This document shows, piece by piece, positions 1 through 10,152 of a DNA stretch of 64,000 nucleotides. The position numbers and the translations under genes were made by a program. The notes beneath the pieces were generated by a model that saw only the letters and a program-made list of their open reading frames with translations, had not been told where the DNA came from and made no database searches. The first letter of the stretch is position 1. Each line of letters begins with the position of its first letter. The stretch spans positions 288,001 through 352,000 of the forward strand of contig CM000432.1 in the NCBI GenBank assembly GCA_000165345.1, given 5' to 3'.

Positions 1-102
1 GTATATATGCATATATAAATATATTAACATATATATATCTATATATATATATATTAATATGTATACAACAGGAAATAATTTAATTTGGAAGACTAGTTAA
101 AA

Positions 103-1770
103 ATGAGGCTATTTAAATGGAGGAAAGAATCAAAAAAAATAGTATTTCAAAATAAGAGAAGAAATACGATCAATTATGTAATTGAAAATTTGGAAAAAAA
201 TGAGAAGAATATTCAAAAGGAATATCATGAGAACTGTTTTGAAAAAAGTATTAAAGAAAGCTTGGCAAATAATCATTCTACAGATGATTTAATGTTAAAA
301 AAAGAGCAGATTGAAATGGGAAAAGTTGATGATAATGGTGATTTTTTTCCACTAGAAAATAATTTTTTATGTTTAAAAGAATACATGGTGAATTTGAATA
401 ATGAAAAAAATTATAATGAATATATGAATTTATTACCAAATGATTCAGGCAGGCATAATTATTTAAGTTCAAACAATTCAGAAGATTACAAATTTTATTC
501 ACTTGATTATAATATAGAGGAAAATAAAGATTTTTCAAATATGGAATCAGAATATGCAAGTAGCCACGAATTTTCTAAATTAATGATGAAAAATTCTAAA
601 TTTAAAAATATTATTGTTGATTTTCCATCAAAATTTAAATCTGTTGGTGAAAATAATTCAAAATCAACTTTATCAAAAAGATCTGAAAAATTATCGAAAT
701 CGTTTTCATTGAATAATATTGACATACCTAAAATAAATAATGGAAAAAATGATAAAGAATTGGAATTATTATTTCAAAAGATAAAAAAATTCATGAGAGA
801 AAAATATGGTGAATATAAAAGATTATTAGAAGAAGTTAGTTTATGGGAAGAAAATGGATATAAAAATGGAATCAAATTTTATAAAAAGAAAGAAAATAAT
901 AATGATTCTTATACAGTAATTAGAGGTATAATTGATACAGATATTAGCAAAGAAAATGAATCAATTTATGAAAGCTTACGTAAGAAAAAAATTACAAATA
1001 TAAAAAATAATTGCCATTTAAATGATATAATATCATCAAAAGAATTGATTAATTATGTTTGGGAGACTGATCCACTTTCATATGATAATACTGTTGATAG
1101 AAGTAATAGAGTATATACATGGGATGATGGGAATCCAGGATTTTGTATATATTATCATTCATATAAGGGAGCTTTTGGAGTTCAGGGCAGAGATTTTATG
1201 TTAATTGGATATAAAGATGTAATTAATAATAAAGATCAATTTTCATCATGTGAGATTTCTAACTTGGCAACTTTATCATCTAGTTCACCAAGTAGAGCAA
1301 ATTCTCCAAGTTCCAATTTTCATAATAATAAAAGGATGATCATAAATAATATATCACCAAGTAGATTAAAGATATGGTCAAAAAAGAATAAAAAAAATTG
1401 TAATAATAATATTAAAACTCAGCTACAAGGAATTAAGTCAAATATTAATGATTCAGCATTCTTTATATCATCTGATTTATCAAAGGAATTAAGTGATGAT
1501 AAAAAATTTCATTCATTAATACAAAATATATATAATCCATCTTTTGTTAAAGCAAAATGTTATTTGAATGGAGTAAAAGTTGAAAAATTAACAATAAATA
1601 ACAATATTATTTTGAGGATGGATATATTGTGGATTGGAGATTTAAATGGTAAACTTCCTGAATTTTTGAAAAGAACAGTGCTTTCATCATCTTTAAGTAC
1701 TATTAAAGTACTAAAGGATAAATATATTGAAAAGAAAAAGAATGAATTGTTAAGTATAATCACAAATTAA
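103..1770 (+). CDS. START (StAR-related lipid-transfer) domain protein with an Asn-rich N-terminal half
   Basis: Uninterrupted 555-aa ORF starting at the ATG at 103. The C-terminal part (RDFMLIGYKD ... ILRMDILWIGDLNGKLPEFLKRTVLSSSLSTI) matches the START-domain pattern RDFV..R ... L.W.L.IDLKGWLPK.I.N, as in StAR/PCTP. The N-terminal half is low-complexity Asn/Lys-rich. Confidence 0.55.
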   Translation: MRLFKWRKESKKIVFQNKRRNTINYVIENLEKNEKNIQKEYHENCFEKSIKESLANNHSTDDLMLKKEQIEMGKVDDNGDFFPLENNFLCLKEYMVNLNNEKNYNEYMNLLPNDSGRHNYLSSNNSEDYKFYSLDYNIEENKDFSNMESEYASSHEFSKLMMKNSKFKNIIVDFPSKFKSVGENNSKSTLSKRSEKLSKSFSLNNIDIPKINNGKNDKELELLFQKIKKFMREKYGEYKRLLEEVSLWEENGYKNGIKFYKKKENNNDSYTVIRGIIDTDISKENESIYESLRKKKITNIKNNCHLNDIISSKELINYVWETDPLSYDNTVDRSNRVYTWDDGNPGFCIYYHSYKGAFGVQGRDFMLIGYKDVINNKDQFSSCEISNLATLSSSSPSRANSPSSNFHNNKRMIINNISPSRLKIWSKKNKKNCNNNIKTQLQGIKSNINDSAFFISSDLSKELSDDKKFHSLIQNIYNPSFVKAKCYLNGVKVEKLTINNNIILRMDILWIGDLNGKLPEFLKRTVLSSSLSTIKVLKDKYIEKKKNELLSIITN

Positions 1771-1966
1771 TGGCAAAAAAAAAATTCAATTCATTTCTTT
1801 AAATGAATACAACTTTAAAATGTTATAATATGAAAATGATATGTTTAAATGTATTAATAATGAATACAATGGGAGAATATTTAGTAGTAATAGTCCAAAA
1901 TCATCAAATTAATTAATACAATTTCATTTTCATCATAATTTCAATATTAATATTATATACTTATGT

Positions 1967-2471
1967 TCAAAGCATAAAACCTAACATCATACCAAATCCA
2001 AATAACGAAATACTATTTCTGTTTGTTTCAAAGAATTTCTTCATTTTCTTTTTGAGTTTTTGGTAGTCAAAATGATCATTTTTATAATCAAAAATAGATT
2101 TCTTAATATTTGAATTTAAAAGACCTTCTTTAAGCGGATTAATAAGTTCATCATTTACTTTTTCTTTGCCATATTTCTGTCTCTAAATTAGTAATAGTTT
2201 ATTATCTCAAGTCAAGGAAAAAAAAAAATCAACTTACCAAAAAAATATATATAATAGTACCAGTGCCAGTAATAATGAGAGTTGTTTTAATCATTTTTCT
2301 GCAGAATACTGAAAACATTAGTCCGCCATAAATAGGACAAAAATATCTCAAAACTAAAGTAACTTTTTCTCCAAACGTTTCTATACTAAGTCTATTAATC
2401 TCTTCAAAGCTTGAAGCTTGGATGATTTCCTTGATCATTTCTTCAATTTTGTTGTATTTTCTTTCCATCAT
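1967..2471 (-). CDS. Hypothetical small membrane protein, two exons (exon 1 2238..2471, intron 2183..2237, exon 2 1967..2182)
   Basis: The ORF-track ORF 2229..2471 ends at a TGA that lies inside a consensus donor (TTG|GTAAGTTGA). Splicing from 2237 to the acceptor ...AATTTAG at 2183/2182 continues in phase 0 through a 71-codon stop-free exon (RQKYGKEKVNDELINPLKEG...LFGFGMMLGFML) to the TGA at 1967. Exon 1 carries a hydrophobic TM-like stretch (TLIITGTGTIIYIFL). Confidence 0.45.
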
Positions 2472-2922
2472 ATATTTACTTATCTTTTTAGTTCAATGAT
2501 AATAATAACAATGACAATATTAAATAAATAATATTAATAATAATACTCTTAATTACCAATTCCTATTAGAAAATTGATTTGAATTTCAAATGACTTTTCC
2601 GTGTATATTGTTTATATATTAATATTAAGATTAAAATTTTTAAAAAAGTTATATATGTTGATTTTATTTTTTAAAATAGTCCCAGTTTATTTCATATTAA
2701 TTATTTAAATATATAATTTTTTCCACATGCAAAAAAAAAAAAATTATCAACAACGGTATAGGGAAAAAAATAATTTTTTTTTTGTCATGCAGTTATCTGG
2801 TATTAAAAAAAAAAAAGAAAAATTCGAAAATAACAATTAATTAATAAATTAACATTTAAAGAAGTATTCAAGAATAGAATTTGATTATATATCAAGTCTA
2901 GGAGAAGAACTAATCAATTAAG

Positions 2923-3844
2923 ATGAAGAATTTAATTGATATGAAAGATAAAGATGGAGATTTAATTAAAGGTAATTTTATCAGGAACAAATGTTGAATA
3001 AAATTTCATTAAAATATATTAAAAATAATAAAACAAAAACTTTAAACTACCTCCCACTATCTATTTTCTAAAATTATTTTTATTAATGCTTAAAACTCAA
3101 AAATAATAATAATAATATAATTAAATTACACAGCCAACAAAGATTCATTCATACAAGTAATTGTGGAAATGCACCAAAAACTAGGCGAAACTTTTGAATC
3201 AAACTTTAATAAAATAAGGTAAGTCTTAAATTCTTTAAAATAAAAGAAGAATTTTCTTCCTTTATTTTTTTTTAACTTTTATACACGTCATTAATTTATT
3301 GCATGCAATGACTACATGTACTTTCCCGCTCTTAGAGAAATTAATTACAAAATTAATCAAGATATTGAACAAATACAAGTAAGTTTTTTTTTATTTAAAA
3401 CAAACCTATTTAGTTAAAAAGGAGTTTGTTTTAAATAAAATGTTGATGGTAATGAATAGTATATTGATATAGAAAATTCTAAAAGGAAAGGAAGAAACAA
3501 AAAGAACTACTCCAGTAATATCTTCAACATAACTATAAGTATTAATGGCATTTGTGAGCCTTTATAACTTTATTATGTAAAAAAAACAGTTTTCTATATC
3601 AATATATTACCGCCTTACAACTATTACTCGAACAAATCTTATTCACTTACCATTTTCTTCCCTTAAACATTTTATTAAATTACTTGAAACTATAAATTAT
3701 TTATCTAAATTAAAGAACCTAATCACTAATGAAGAAAAAATCCAGAAAGATCTTCAAGAAAGAAACTCGGTCATTAATAATGTACTGAATGACTTTATGA
3801 ACACTATGCAGGCTACCATTAATGATGGGCCATCCAATAAATAG
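2923..3844 (+). CDS. Candidate multi-exon gene for a small coiled-coil protein. Exons 2923..2971, 3134..3218 and 3336..3378, plus a terminal exon ending at the TAG at 3842..3844 (acceptor at 3715/3716 or 3589/3590)
   Basis: Not in the ORF track. ATG at 2923 (MKNLIDMKDKDGDLIK), donor AAG|GTAATT at 2972, acceptor CACAG at 3133. Exon 2 (..NKDSFIQVIVEMHQKLGETFESNFNKI) ends at donor AAG|GTAAGT at 3219, acceptor CTTAG at 3335. Exon 3 (EINYKINQDIEQIQ) ends at donor CAA|GTAAGT at 3379. Phases are consistent across these junctions (0>1>2>0). The last exon (NLITNEEKIQKDLQERNSVINNVLNDFMNTMQATINDGPSNK*) is open and in phase 0, but the intron feeding it would be 210-335 nt, long for this locus. The model is therefore tentative. 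Confidence 0.3.
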
Positions 3845-3937
3845 AAAATTCTTATAAATAACTATTTTCAATATTGTTATCAATTCTATTGCTACAACAA
3901 TTAGACTTTAGAATTTTTTTTATGTATCAAAATATAT

Positions 3938-6900
3938 CTACTTTTCACTTGTTACAATATTTATATTAACATTAGTATTCAAGACTTCATCTTCCACATT
4001 TTTACTACTCTCAACTTCCCCATTGATGATTGGGGATATACTTTGATTTGAAGTATTGAGACAATCTCCTCCGTCTTCCATTCTTTCCTCTCTTTCTTCT
4101 TTTCTTATATTCACATTTAAATTTGTATTACTTCCATCTTTAACTTTTGAACTTAAATTTGCAACAATAATACTATTTGCATTACGTCCAGAAATGCTCA
4201 TATTATTATTTGTATTGTTTCCTCCTCCTCCACTCCTTAATACTGCCTCTCCACTATTCACAGCGTTTAGTCTACACTGAATAGCCAATTTCTTTGCCTC
4301 ATTGAACCCATATTTTTTCACATAAAAATGTCTTGAGTGTCTTTTTCTATTCTGATCATACCATTCTGCTACCCATTCTTGATCTCTAGTCTTCCAATAT
4401 ACACCTGGAATTCCTGATTTATAACTAATTCCTCCCATATTCTTCTTTTTTGGAGATGTTATAGCTTTAATCTTTGAACTTGATGAAGAAGCTGGAGTGG
4501 AAGAAACTGTTGGAGCAGTAGATTCTGAAATTTCCAAAATATTGGCTGAATCTTTTATCATTGAAAAACTTGTTGAGTTTGAAGAAATCGAAGAATCTAC
4601 TGATGATGATGTTACTGATCTTGAAATCTTCTTCTCCTCCATTAAATTATCTGTTATATCTCCATTACTTGTACAATTATTTCCAATAATATTAATATTT
4701 CCATCACTTATACTACCACTGATATTGCTTCCACTATTTTTTAAAAAATTTTCATTAGCTATATTCATATTGTTTTCAATATTAATATTAATATTATTAT
4801 TATTGCTACTATTATTATTATTACTATTATTGCTAAAACTCGAATTTCCAGAAATTAAAGGCTCAAAAGATGTCAATAAGTTACTTATTCCTTGGTTATA
4901 ATTCATCATTTCTTCTCTTAATGGGTCAATTTTTTCCAGATTAATGGCTTCAACCATATTTGTATCGCTTCTAGGAACTAATATTCCATTTTCTTGTGAT
5001 ATTATCTTTTTAATCATTCCATTAATATCCATATTAGTATTATTACCATTATTGTTTTGTTGGCACTGAGACTGAATTTGAAATTGGCTTTGATTCTGAG
5101 ATTGATTTTGAGTTTGGTTCAAATGATTCAGTAATATGTTTTCTGTTAGATTTCCTGGAATATTCTGAAATTGATCTAAATTATTCAAGGATAATGATCC
5201 AAAATTATTATTACTACTTGTCGGTACCGATTTATTAGATCCCATTAAATTCTGTAATATGTTATACATATATTGGCTCTGGTGATTGCTTAGATGATTA
5301 ATATGATTATTTCCAGAATTGAATGTATTATTAATCGTTCCATTAGCTCCACTTGCTTGATTTATTCCAAGCATATTTGCCAAATTCGTATTCAAACTTG
5401 AATAGTTACTAAAATACCCTCCAACTCCATTATTAACTCCATTACCCAGTAATAAACTATTCATCATTTTACTTTTTGTCATTCCTTCAAGAGTAGAATC
5501 ATTTAACATTTGCAAAGGAGATAGATAATTAAAATCAATAGAATTCAACATATTTAAAGATGGTGAATTATTATAATTTCCATTGATATTATTGGTGTTG
5601 TTGTTCTTAGTAGTAAACCCTTCAGAATTATCACCAAAAAATTGATGCTTTAACATATTACCATAATAACTATTCAAATAATTGGAAATCATAGAATTGA
5701 GATTAACATTCATGTTATTAGCGTTATTTATATTACTTGGGCTTGAGCCACTTAATGCTCCATTCAAAAGTAACATATTTGATAGAATCATATTATTGTA
5801 ATCAGTTACCATATTATTGGTACCAACATTTCCGGTATTAGCTCCAAAATTACTGTTATTTGTACCTATAAGTCCATTATAACTGCTGTTATTAGTGCCA
5901 GTATTACTATTATTAGTATTGTTATTATTGCTATTATTATTGTTGCCACCATATAAATATTGCATTAATTGACTTAATAATAGCTGATAACTATTATTTT
6001 GAACAAGTATTGGTTGGCTCCCTTCAGTAGAATTATTATTATTATTATTACTTAAGCCATTTAAAGCAGAGAAGCTAGAACCATTCAAATTAATTAATGA
6101 AGAACTACTATTGCCGTTATTGTTATTATTACTATTACCATCGGCATTCAAGGGATTTATAATTCCAGAATTACCATAATTGTTGAAAATATTAAAACAA
6201 GAATTTGTAATTCCTGAAGAACCAGAGTAATTATTATGATATTTAAATTCTTTATTATTAACATACTCTACTACATTATCTCTCAATTTTTTTTCATTGA
6301 TTAACTTTACCCTCCATTCTATTGCTTTTAATCTTGAAATATCAATTCCATCCTCGCCAATCTCATAAGCAAAAGATTGAGTACATGTTTCATGTGTTAT
6401 TGAATCTAGCCAAACTCCTATCCAGACTTTATTTATTGGATGCCAAAATATTCCCTCATATTCGGCATCTTCTTTTAAATGTTTCATTTCTTCCATAAGT
6501 AACCCAATACCTTCATCACTCATATTATTCATAATTTTTTGTATATTCTTTTTCTCCATCAAATTCATAACAATTGATCTATCATCCTTTAATAAGTATT
6601 CAGGCCTTTCATATTCTGCTGTTCCATACTTTGCAATTCTCATTCCTTTTATACCTCCAATATAATTATGAGAGCCTATTGATGCACCTACTCCAGTCTC
6701 ACCCTGATGGCCACCACCTATATAGCAACTTTTATTCATATTTAAATACATCTTCCCTGTAAGACTAGTTTCATGTAACTTTCTTGCTGTTGCTTTTCCA
6801 TTTTCAATTGCATCAACCCTTGATTTTATTGCCATTTGCTTTGCATCTTCAAAACCATATACTCTTGCTGAAAAGCCGTGAGTAATTCTTCTTCCTGAAA

Positions 6901-7417
6901 TAGAATCACTCCACTGAGCAATCCATCTTTGACTACTTTCTTGCCAATAAACTCCAGGAACCCCACTTTGATGTTCTGCTCTTCTTAATCTAGTTCCAGT
7001 TCCTTTTCTAGTAGACACTATAGAACTATTAAAATCTTTTCTGCCAACTTCCACAGTTGTAACACCCTCCTCGCTGTTCTTTTCCTCATCTGATTTAGAA
7101 TCTTCATCATTAATAGCTTCGTCTTTATTAATAAAACTATCCTCTTGGTTCTGAACTTCTATATAATTCTGCTCCATAGTAACATCATCAATGATATTTT
7201 TAGAATTTTCGTCTGGTGTTTCAACATGATTTTCAATTTGAGATTGGACTTGTTGAATTTTACTATTACCAACTTCAACTTCGTTAGATTTATCAAAATT
7301 TTCACCAATTCCACATGTTGGTGTATCTTCTTGTGTAGAGTCCATAGTAGTATACTGACTCCAGTCTACAACTTCTTTATCAATAAAAACCTTTCCAGTT
7401 TCTAATTTTTCCTCCAT
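3938..7417 (-). CDS. ApiAP2 transcription factor (two canonical AP2 domains plus one AP2-like domain), Asn/Ser-rich
   Basis: 1159-aa ORF. AP2 domain 1 lies at about nt 6781..6970 (SGVPGVYWQESSQRWIAQWSDSISGRRITHGFSARVYGFEDAKQMAIKSRVDAIENG). AP2 domain 2 lies at about nt 4260..4420 (SGIPGVYWKTRDQEWVAEWYDQNRKRHSRHFYVKKYGFNEAKKLAIQCRLNAV). An AP2-like segment lies at about nt 6260..6465 (GIFWHPINKVWIGVWLD...FAYEIGEDG...AIEWR). The long Asn/Ser low-complexity linkers are typical of apicomplexan AP2 factors. Confidence 0.85.
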   Translation of the reverse strand: MEEKLETGKVFIDKEVVDWSQYTTMDSTQEDTPTCGIGENFDKSNEVEVGNSKIQQVQSQIENHVETPDENSKNIIDDVTMEQNYIEVQNQEDSFINKDEAINDEDSKSDEEKNSEEGVTTVEVGRKDFNSSIVSTRKGTGTRLRRAEHQSGVPGVYWQESSQRWIAQWSDSISGRRITHGFSARVYGFEDAKQMAIKSRVDAIENGKATARKLHETSLTGKMYLNMNKSCYIGGGHQGETGVGASIGSHNYIGGIKGMRIAKYGTAEYERPEYLLKDDRSIVMNLMEKKNIQKIMNNMSDEGIGLLMEEMKHLKEDAEYEGIFWHPINKVWIGVWLDSITHETCTQSFAYEIGEDGIDISRLKAIEWRVKLINEKKLRDNVVEYVNNKEFKYHNNYSGSSGITNSCFNIFNNYGNSGIINPLNADGNSNNNNNGNSSSSLINLNGSSFSALNGLSNNNNNNSTEGSQPILVQNNSYQLLLSQLMQYLYGGNNNNSNNNNTNNSNTGTNNSSYNGLIGTNNSNFGANTGNVGTNNMVTDYNNMILSNMLLLNGALSGSSPSNINNANNMNVNLNSMISNYLNSYYGNMLKHQFFGDNSEGFTTKNNNTNNINGNYNNSPSLNMLNSIDFNYLSPLQMLNDSTLEGMTKSKMMNSLLLGNGVNNGVGGYFSNYSSLNTNLANMLGINQASGANGTINNTFNSGNNHINHLSNHQSQYMYNILQNLMGSNKSVPTSSNNNFGSLSLNNLDQFQNIPGNLTENILLNHLNQTQNQSQNQSQFQIQSQCQQNNNGNNTNMDINGMIKKIISQENGILVPRSDTNMVEAINLEKIDPLREEMMNYNQGISNLLTSFEPLISGNSSFSNNSNNNNSSNNNNININIENNMNIANENFLKNSGSNISGSISDGNINIIGNNCTSNGDITDNLMEEKKISRSVTSSSVDSSISSNSTSFSMIKDSANILEISESTAPTVSSTPASSSSSKIKAITSPKKKNMGGISYKSGIPGVYWKTRDQEWVAEWYDQNRKRHSRHFYVKKYGFNEAKKLAIQCRLNAVNSGEAVLRSGGGGNNTNNNMSISGRNANSIIVANLSSKVKDGSNTNLNVNIRKEEREERMEDGGDCLNTSNQSISPIINGEVESSKNVEDEVLNTNVNINIVTSEK

Positions 7418-7663
7418 TTTGAGAATTCACTCAAAAAAATTGCCTTATTTAAATATCAAAATGACTATCTTATATAATAATAGAATAATCTATCAGCTTC
7501 TTAAATATTCCGTATTTTAACTTGCAAATCCAATAGCTTAATAACTAATTTTTGCCAGATTGCTTCTTTAAATTTGAAATTAATCTTGTTTTCAAAATAA
7601 TTCTTCACAAACTCTGCTCTTTTATAAAATTACCTTAATATATTTACATATGTATATATATAA

Positions 7664-7690
7664 GCATATATATATATATATATATATATG
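7664..7690. repeat. (TA)n microsatellite
   Basis: Perfect TA dinucleotide run in the intergenic spacer. Confidence 0.9.
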
Positions 7691-8081
7691 TACATTTATA
7701 CATATATACTTTTTTTTAGTTTTAATCTTTACTTCATATTAATTCAATTAGCTTGTATTATTTATATCTCTAAGACTTTATCCTTCTCTTGTTATAACAC
7801 AACTTAAGAATAAAGAAAAGTCTTAATTATTGCTTCCCAATACTGCTTTGTTTTATTTTGGAAAACTTCTTTAAATATATATTTATATTTTTTGAATATA
7901 AATCAATATTTAGTCATTTAATGACGAACTGCACTTTTATCCACGATTTACTTGTATGTTAACATTTTTTTAAACATTTCTGCATACCTCGTGCCATGTA
8001 AACATATCAATATTATTACTCTTTCCTACATTTACTGCTATTTTAGTATTATTTTCTTTTTTTTTCAGCAATCTATCCTCA

Positions 8082-8105
8082 CATGCGCATGCAAATGCAT
8101 GCAAT
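8082..8105. promoter_or_regulatory. Cluster of overlapping GCATGC palindromes (CATGCGCATGCAAATGCATGCAAT), about 670 bp upstream of the ApiAP2 gene start
   Basis: GC-containing palindromic island in an otherwise AT-rich spacer. GCATGC/TGCATGCA-type elements are known ApiAP2-type binding motifs in apicomplexan promoters. Confidence 0.4.
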
Positions 8106-8135
8106 ACCTACAATGTGGGCAAAAATAATTCCACG

Positions 8136-8148
8136 TATGGCGGGAACC
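8136..8148. promoter_or_regulatory. E2F-like box (TATGGCGGGAACC)
   Basis: Matches the TTTGGCGGGAAA-type E2F/DP-like motif over-represented upstream of Cryptosporidium genes. It lies in the spacer upstream of the ApiAP2 gene (minus strand, start 7417). Confidence 0.4.
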
Positions 8149-8291
8149 TGACAAAATTATAAATATTTAAAACAAGGTGCTTGTTTAATTGAAAATAGAC
8201 TAAAGGAAGAGAAAATAATACAGGAAAAAGCTGAAAATCCCCGTGATAATAGTTAAAATTTTAACAATTTGCGATTCTAAGCTAGAATTTA

Positions 8292-9632
8292 TTAAAGCTC
8301 AGTGGATTGATCCCCGTCTCTAATGGATGATTGTATATTAACTCCAATCTCAATCGAATAGTTAATAAAAGTAGTGATAAACATGATGATAAATATAGTT
8401 AGTAAAGTATATTTAATAATGTTTAGGCCAAAGCCAAACATTCCACCATTTTGATTGCTTTTAGCTATATTCATTTGTTTATTATTAGACTTCGCAGAAT
8501 TTTTTCTAGATTTAATTTCTAATACAGAAATGGAATAGTCAGCTCCAGCTGAAATAATATATTCATTAGAATTAAAAAATTGTAGGCCAGTAACTGGGAG
8601 CTCATGAAAAATCCCTTCTTTAAGTAAAGTTAGCTCAGTCAGATTATTTTTGAATATTTTAATTAAGCCAGTGTTAGTACCAACAGCCAAAAGTTTATAA
8701 TCGTCAGAAACAACTAGCACAGAAGATGGTTTATCACAAATCAAATTAGAGGCAATTTGGGCAAATAATATGCGATTATTTGGATTTTCATTTGAATTTT
8801 CTTTAGATATCTTCATATTCCAAACTGTCATAAAGGATGAGCCTCTGATTTCATGTAATAACATTGAAACAATATACTGTTGTCTATCATTATTTTTCTG
8901 TCTTCTAGGGCTATTTAACCTTCCATTCTCAATAAAACGGCATTGCCTCACTAAATAATTCCCATTCTTCATCGGTATCGTGAATTTTTTAAAAATATCT
9001 CCAGAATTATACTCATGTACGATAATTGTACCATTTCTATTTGTTGAAATGATAAATTTATTATCTGGAGATATATCCAAATCCAAAATTTCATTTTCAT
9101 GTCCATGAAGCTCCTTCATTTCTAATGGAATGATTTCTCGTGGATTTTCTGAATCAATATTTAATTTCCAAACACGGACAATATTGTCAGTTCCACCAGT
9201 AATTAGGAATTCTCCATTTTTTGAAAACCTACAAACATTTTGTTTACCTTTCTTATTTCCATCCCAGACTGTTTGAAACTGAAGATACATTCTAATTGAC
9301 TTCCCTTGCTTTTCTTCTTCTATATAAAATAATATACAACAATCTCTTATTCCACCTGCTACTAAATTTAATTTGTTATTAAAGCACATACTATCTAATA
9401 CTCCATTTTGTTTAGTTGTATTATAAATATATTTTAACATTAAAGAACTTTCAGCAGAAATTTTATCATTTGCATTTAATTTCTGACACTCTACCTCACA
9501 ATCTTTCAATTCATATAGTTCTATTTGGTCTTCTATTCCATAATCTTTTCCTCCACCTCCTCCACTTAAAATAATGGAATCTCTTGTACAGCATAGCCCA
9601 AAAATGGGATAATCCGCATAATATATTGGCAT
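8292..9632 (-). CDS. SEC12: Sec12/PREB-like WD40 guanine-nucleotide exchange factor for Sar1 (type II membrane protein)
   Basis: The N-terminus MPIYYADYPIFG...SIILSGGGGGKDYGIEDQIELYEL parallels yeast Sec12 (GYPAYGAKF...LLVAGGGGEGNNGIPNKL). WD40-like repeats run through the body, and there is a single C-terminal TM segment (YTLLTIFIIMFITTFINY) with a short lumenal tail, as in Sec12. Confidence 0.7.
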   Translation of the reverse strand: MPIYYADYPIFGLCCTRDSIILSGGGGGKDYGIEDQIELYELKDCEVECQKLNANDKISAESSLMLKYIYNTTKQNGVLDSMCFNNKLNLVAGGIRDCCILFYIEEEKQGKSIRMYLQFQTVWDGNKKGKQNVCRFSKNGEFLITGGTDNIVRVWKLNIDSENPREIIPLEMKELHGHENEILDLDISPDNKFIISTNRNGTIIVHEYNSGDIFKKFTIPMKNGNYLVRQCRFIENGRLNSPRRQKNNDRQQYIVSMLLHEIRGSSFMTVWNMKISKENSNENPNNRILFAQIASNLICDKPSSVLVVSDDYKLLAVGTNTGLIKIFKNNLTELTLLKEGIFHELPVTGLQFFNSNEYIISAGADYSISVLEIKSRKNSAKSNNKQMNIAKSNQNGGMFGFGLNIIKYTLLTIFIIMFITTFINYSIEIGVNIQSSIRDGDQSTEL

Positions 9633-9829
9633 TATGTTGGATTAATTCGTATATTCTATTTAATTTCAAACCTTAATTACTAATACATAGGAATGTTAGC
9701 TTACGTTATTTATGATCAATTTTCCACTCCAAATCTTTCCTATTATTAAATATCAGATATAAGTAAAAAAGTAAATAAAAAGTCTTTATGCTTATATTTT
9801 TATTTATTCAGCCTTTTAAATAAATTTAT

Positions 9830-9863
<34 letters not shown>

Positions 9864-9960
9864 TTATTTATTTATATTGCCAATGTTTAATTTAGTTTTC
9901 TTTTTTTCCACTAGTTTTCCTCACACCACTTTGGATTCTTTCGTTATTAGTATTGCTGTT

Positions 9961-9970
9961 TTGGCGGGCT
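9961..9970. promoter_or_regulatory. E2F-like box (TTGGCGGGCT) in the divergent promoter between Sec12 (-) and the MBL-fold gene (+)
   Basis: GGCGGG core in an AT-rich spacer, 190 bp upstream of the ATG at 10153 and 330 bp upstream of the ATG at 9632. Confidence 0.4.
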
Positions 9971-10152
9971 CATGCACATCATCTTATTAATAAAATTAAA
10001 TTATTTTATAAACGAATGTATTTATAAATAAATTCATTTCTTAATTAAATGACTAATAATATTTTTATTATCAATAAAAAACGTAATTTGATCTGAATAT
10101 CTACTTATTCTCTCAGAATAGTACAACTCTATAATAATTTTTGAACAAGTAA

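Noticed and set aside
4056-7405. Plus-strand ORFs 4056..4280, 4497..4901, 6574..6762 and 7145..7405 inside the ApiAP2 gene
   Set aside because: They are antisense to a 1159-aa ORF with clear AP2 domains. They are driven by low-complexity AAT/ATT-rich sequence (poly-Leu/Ile translations) and carry no motifs.
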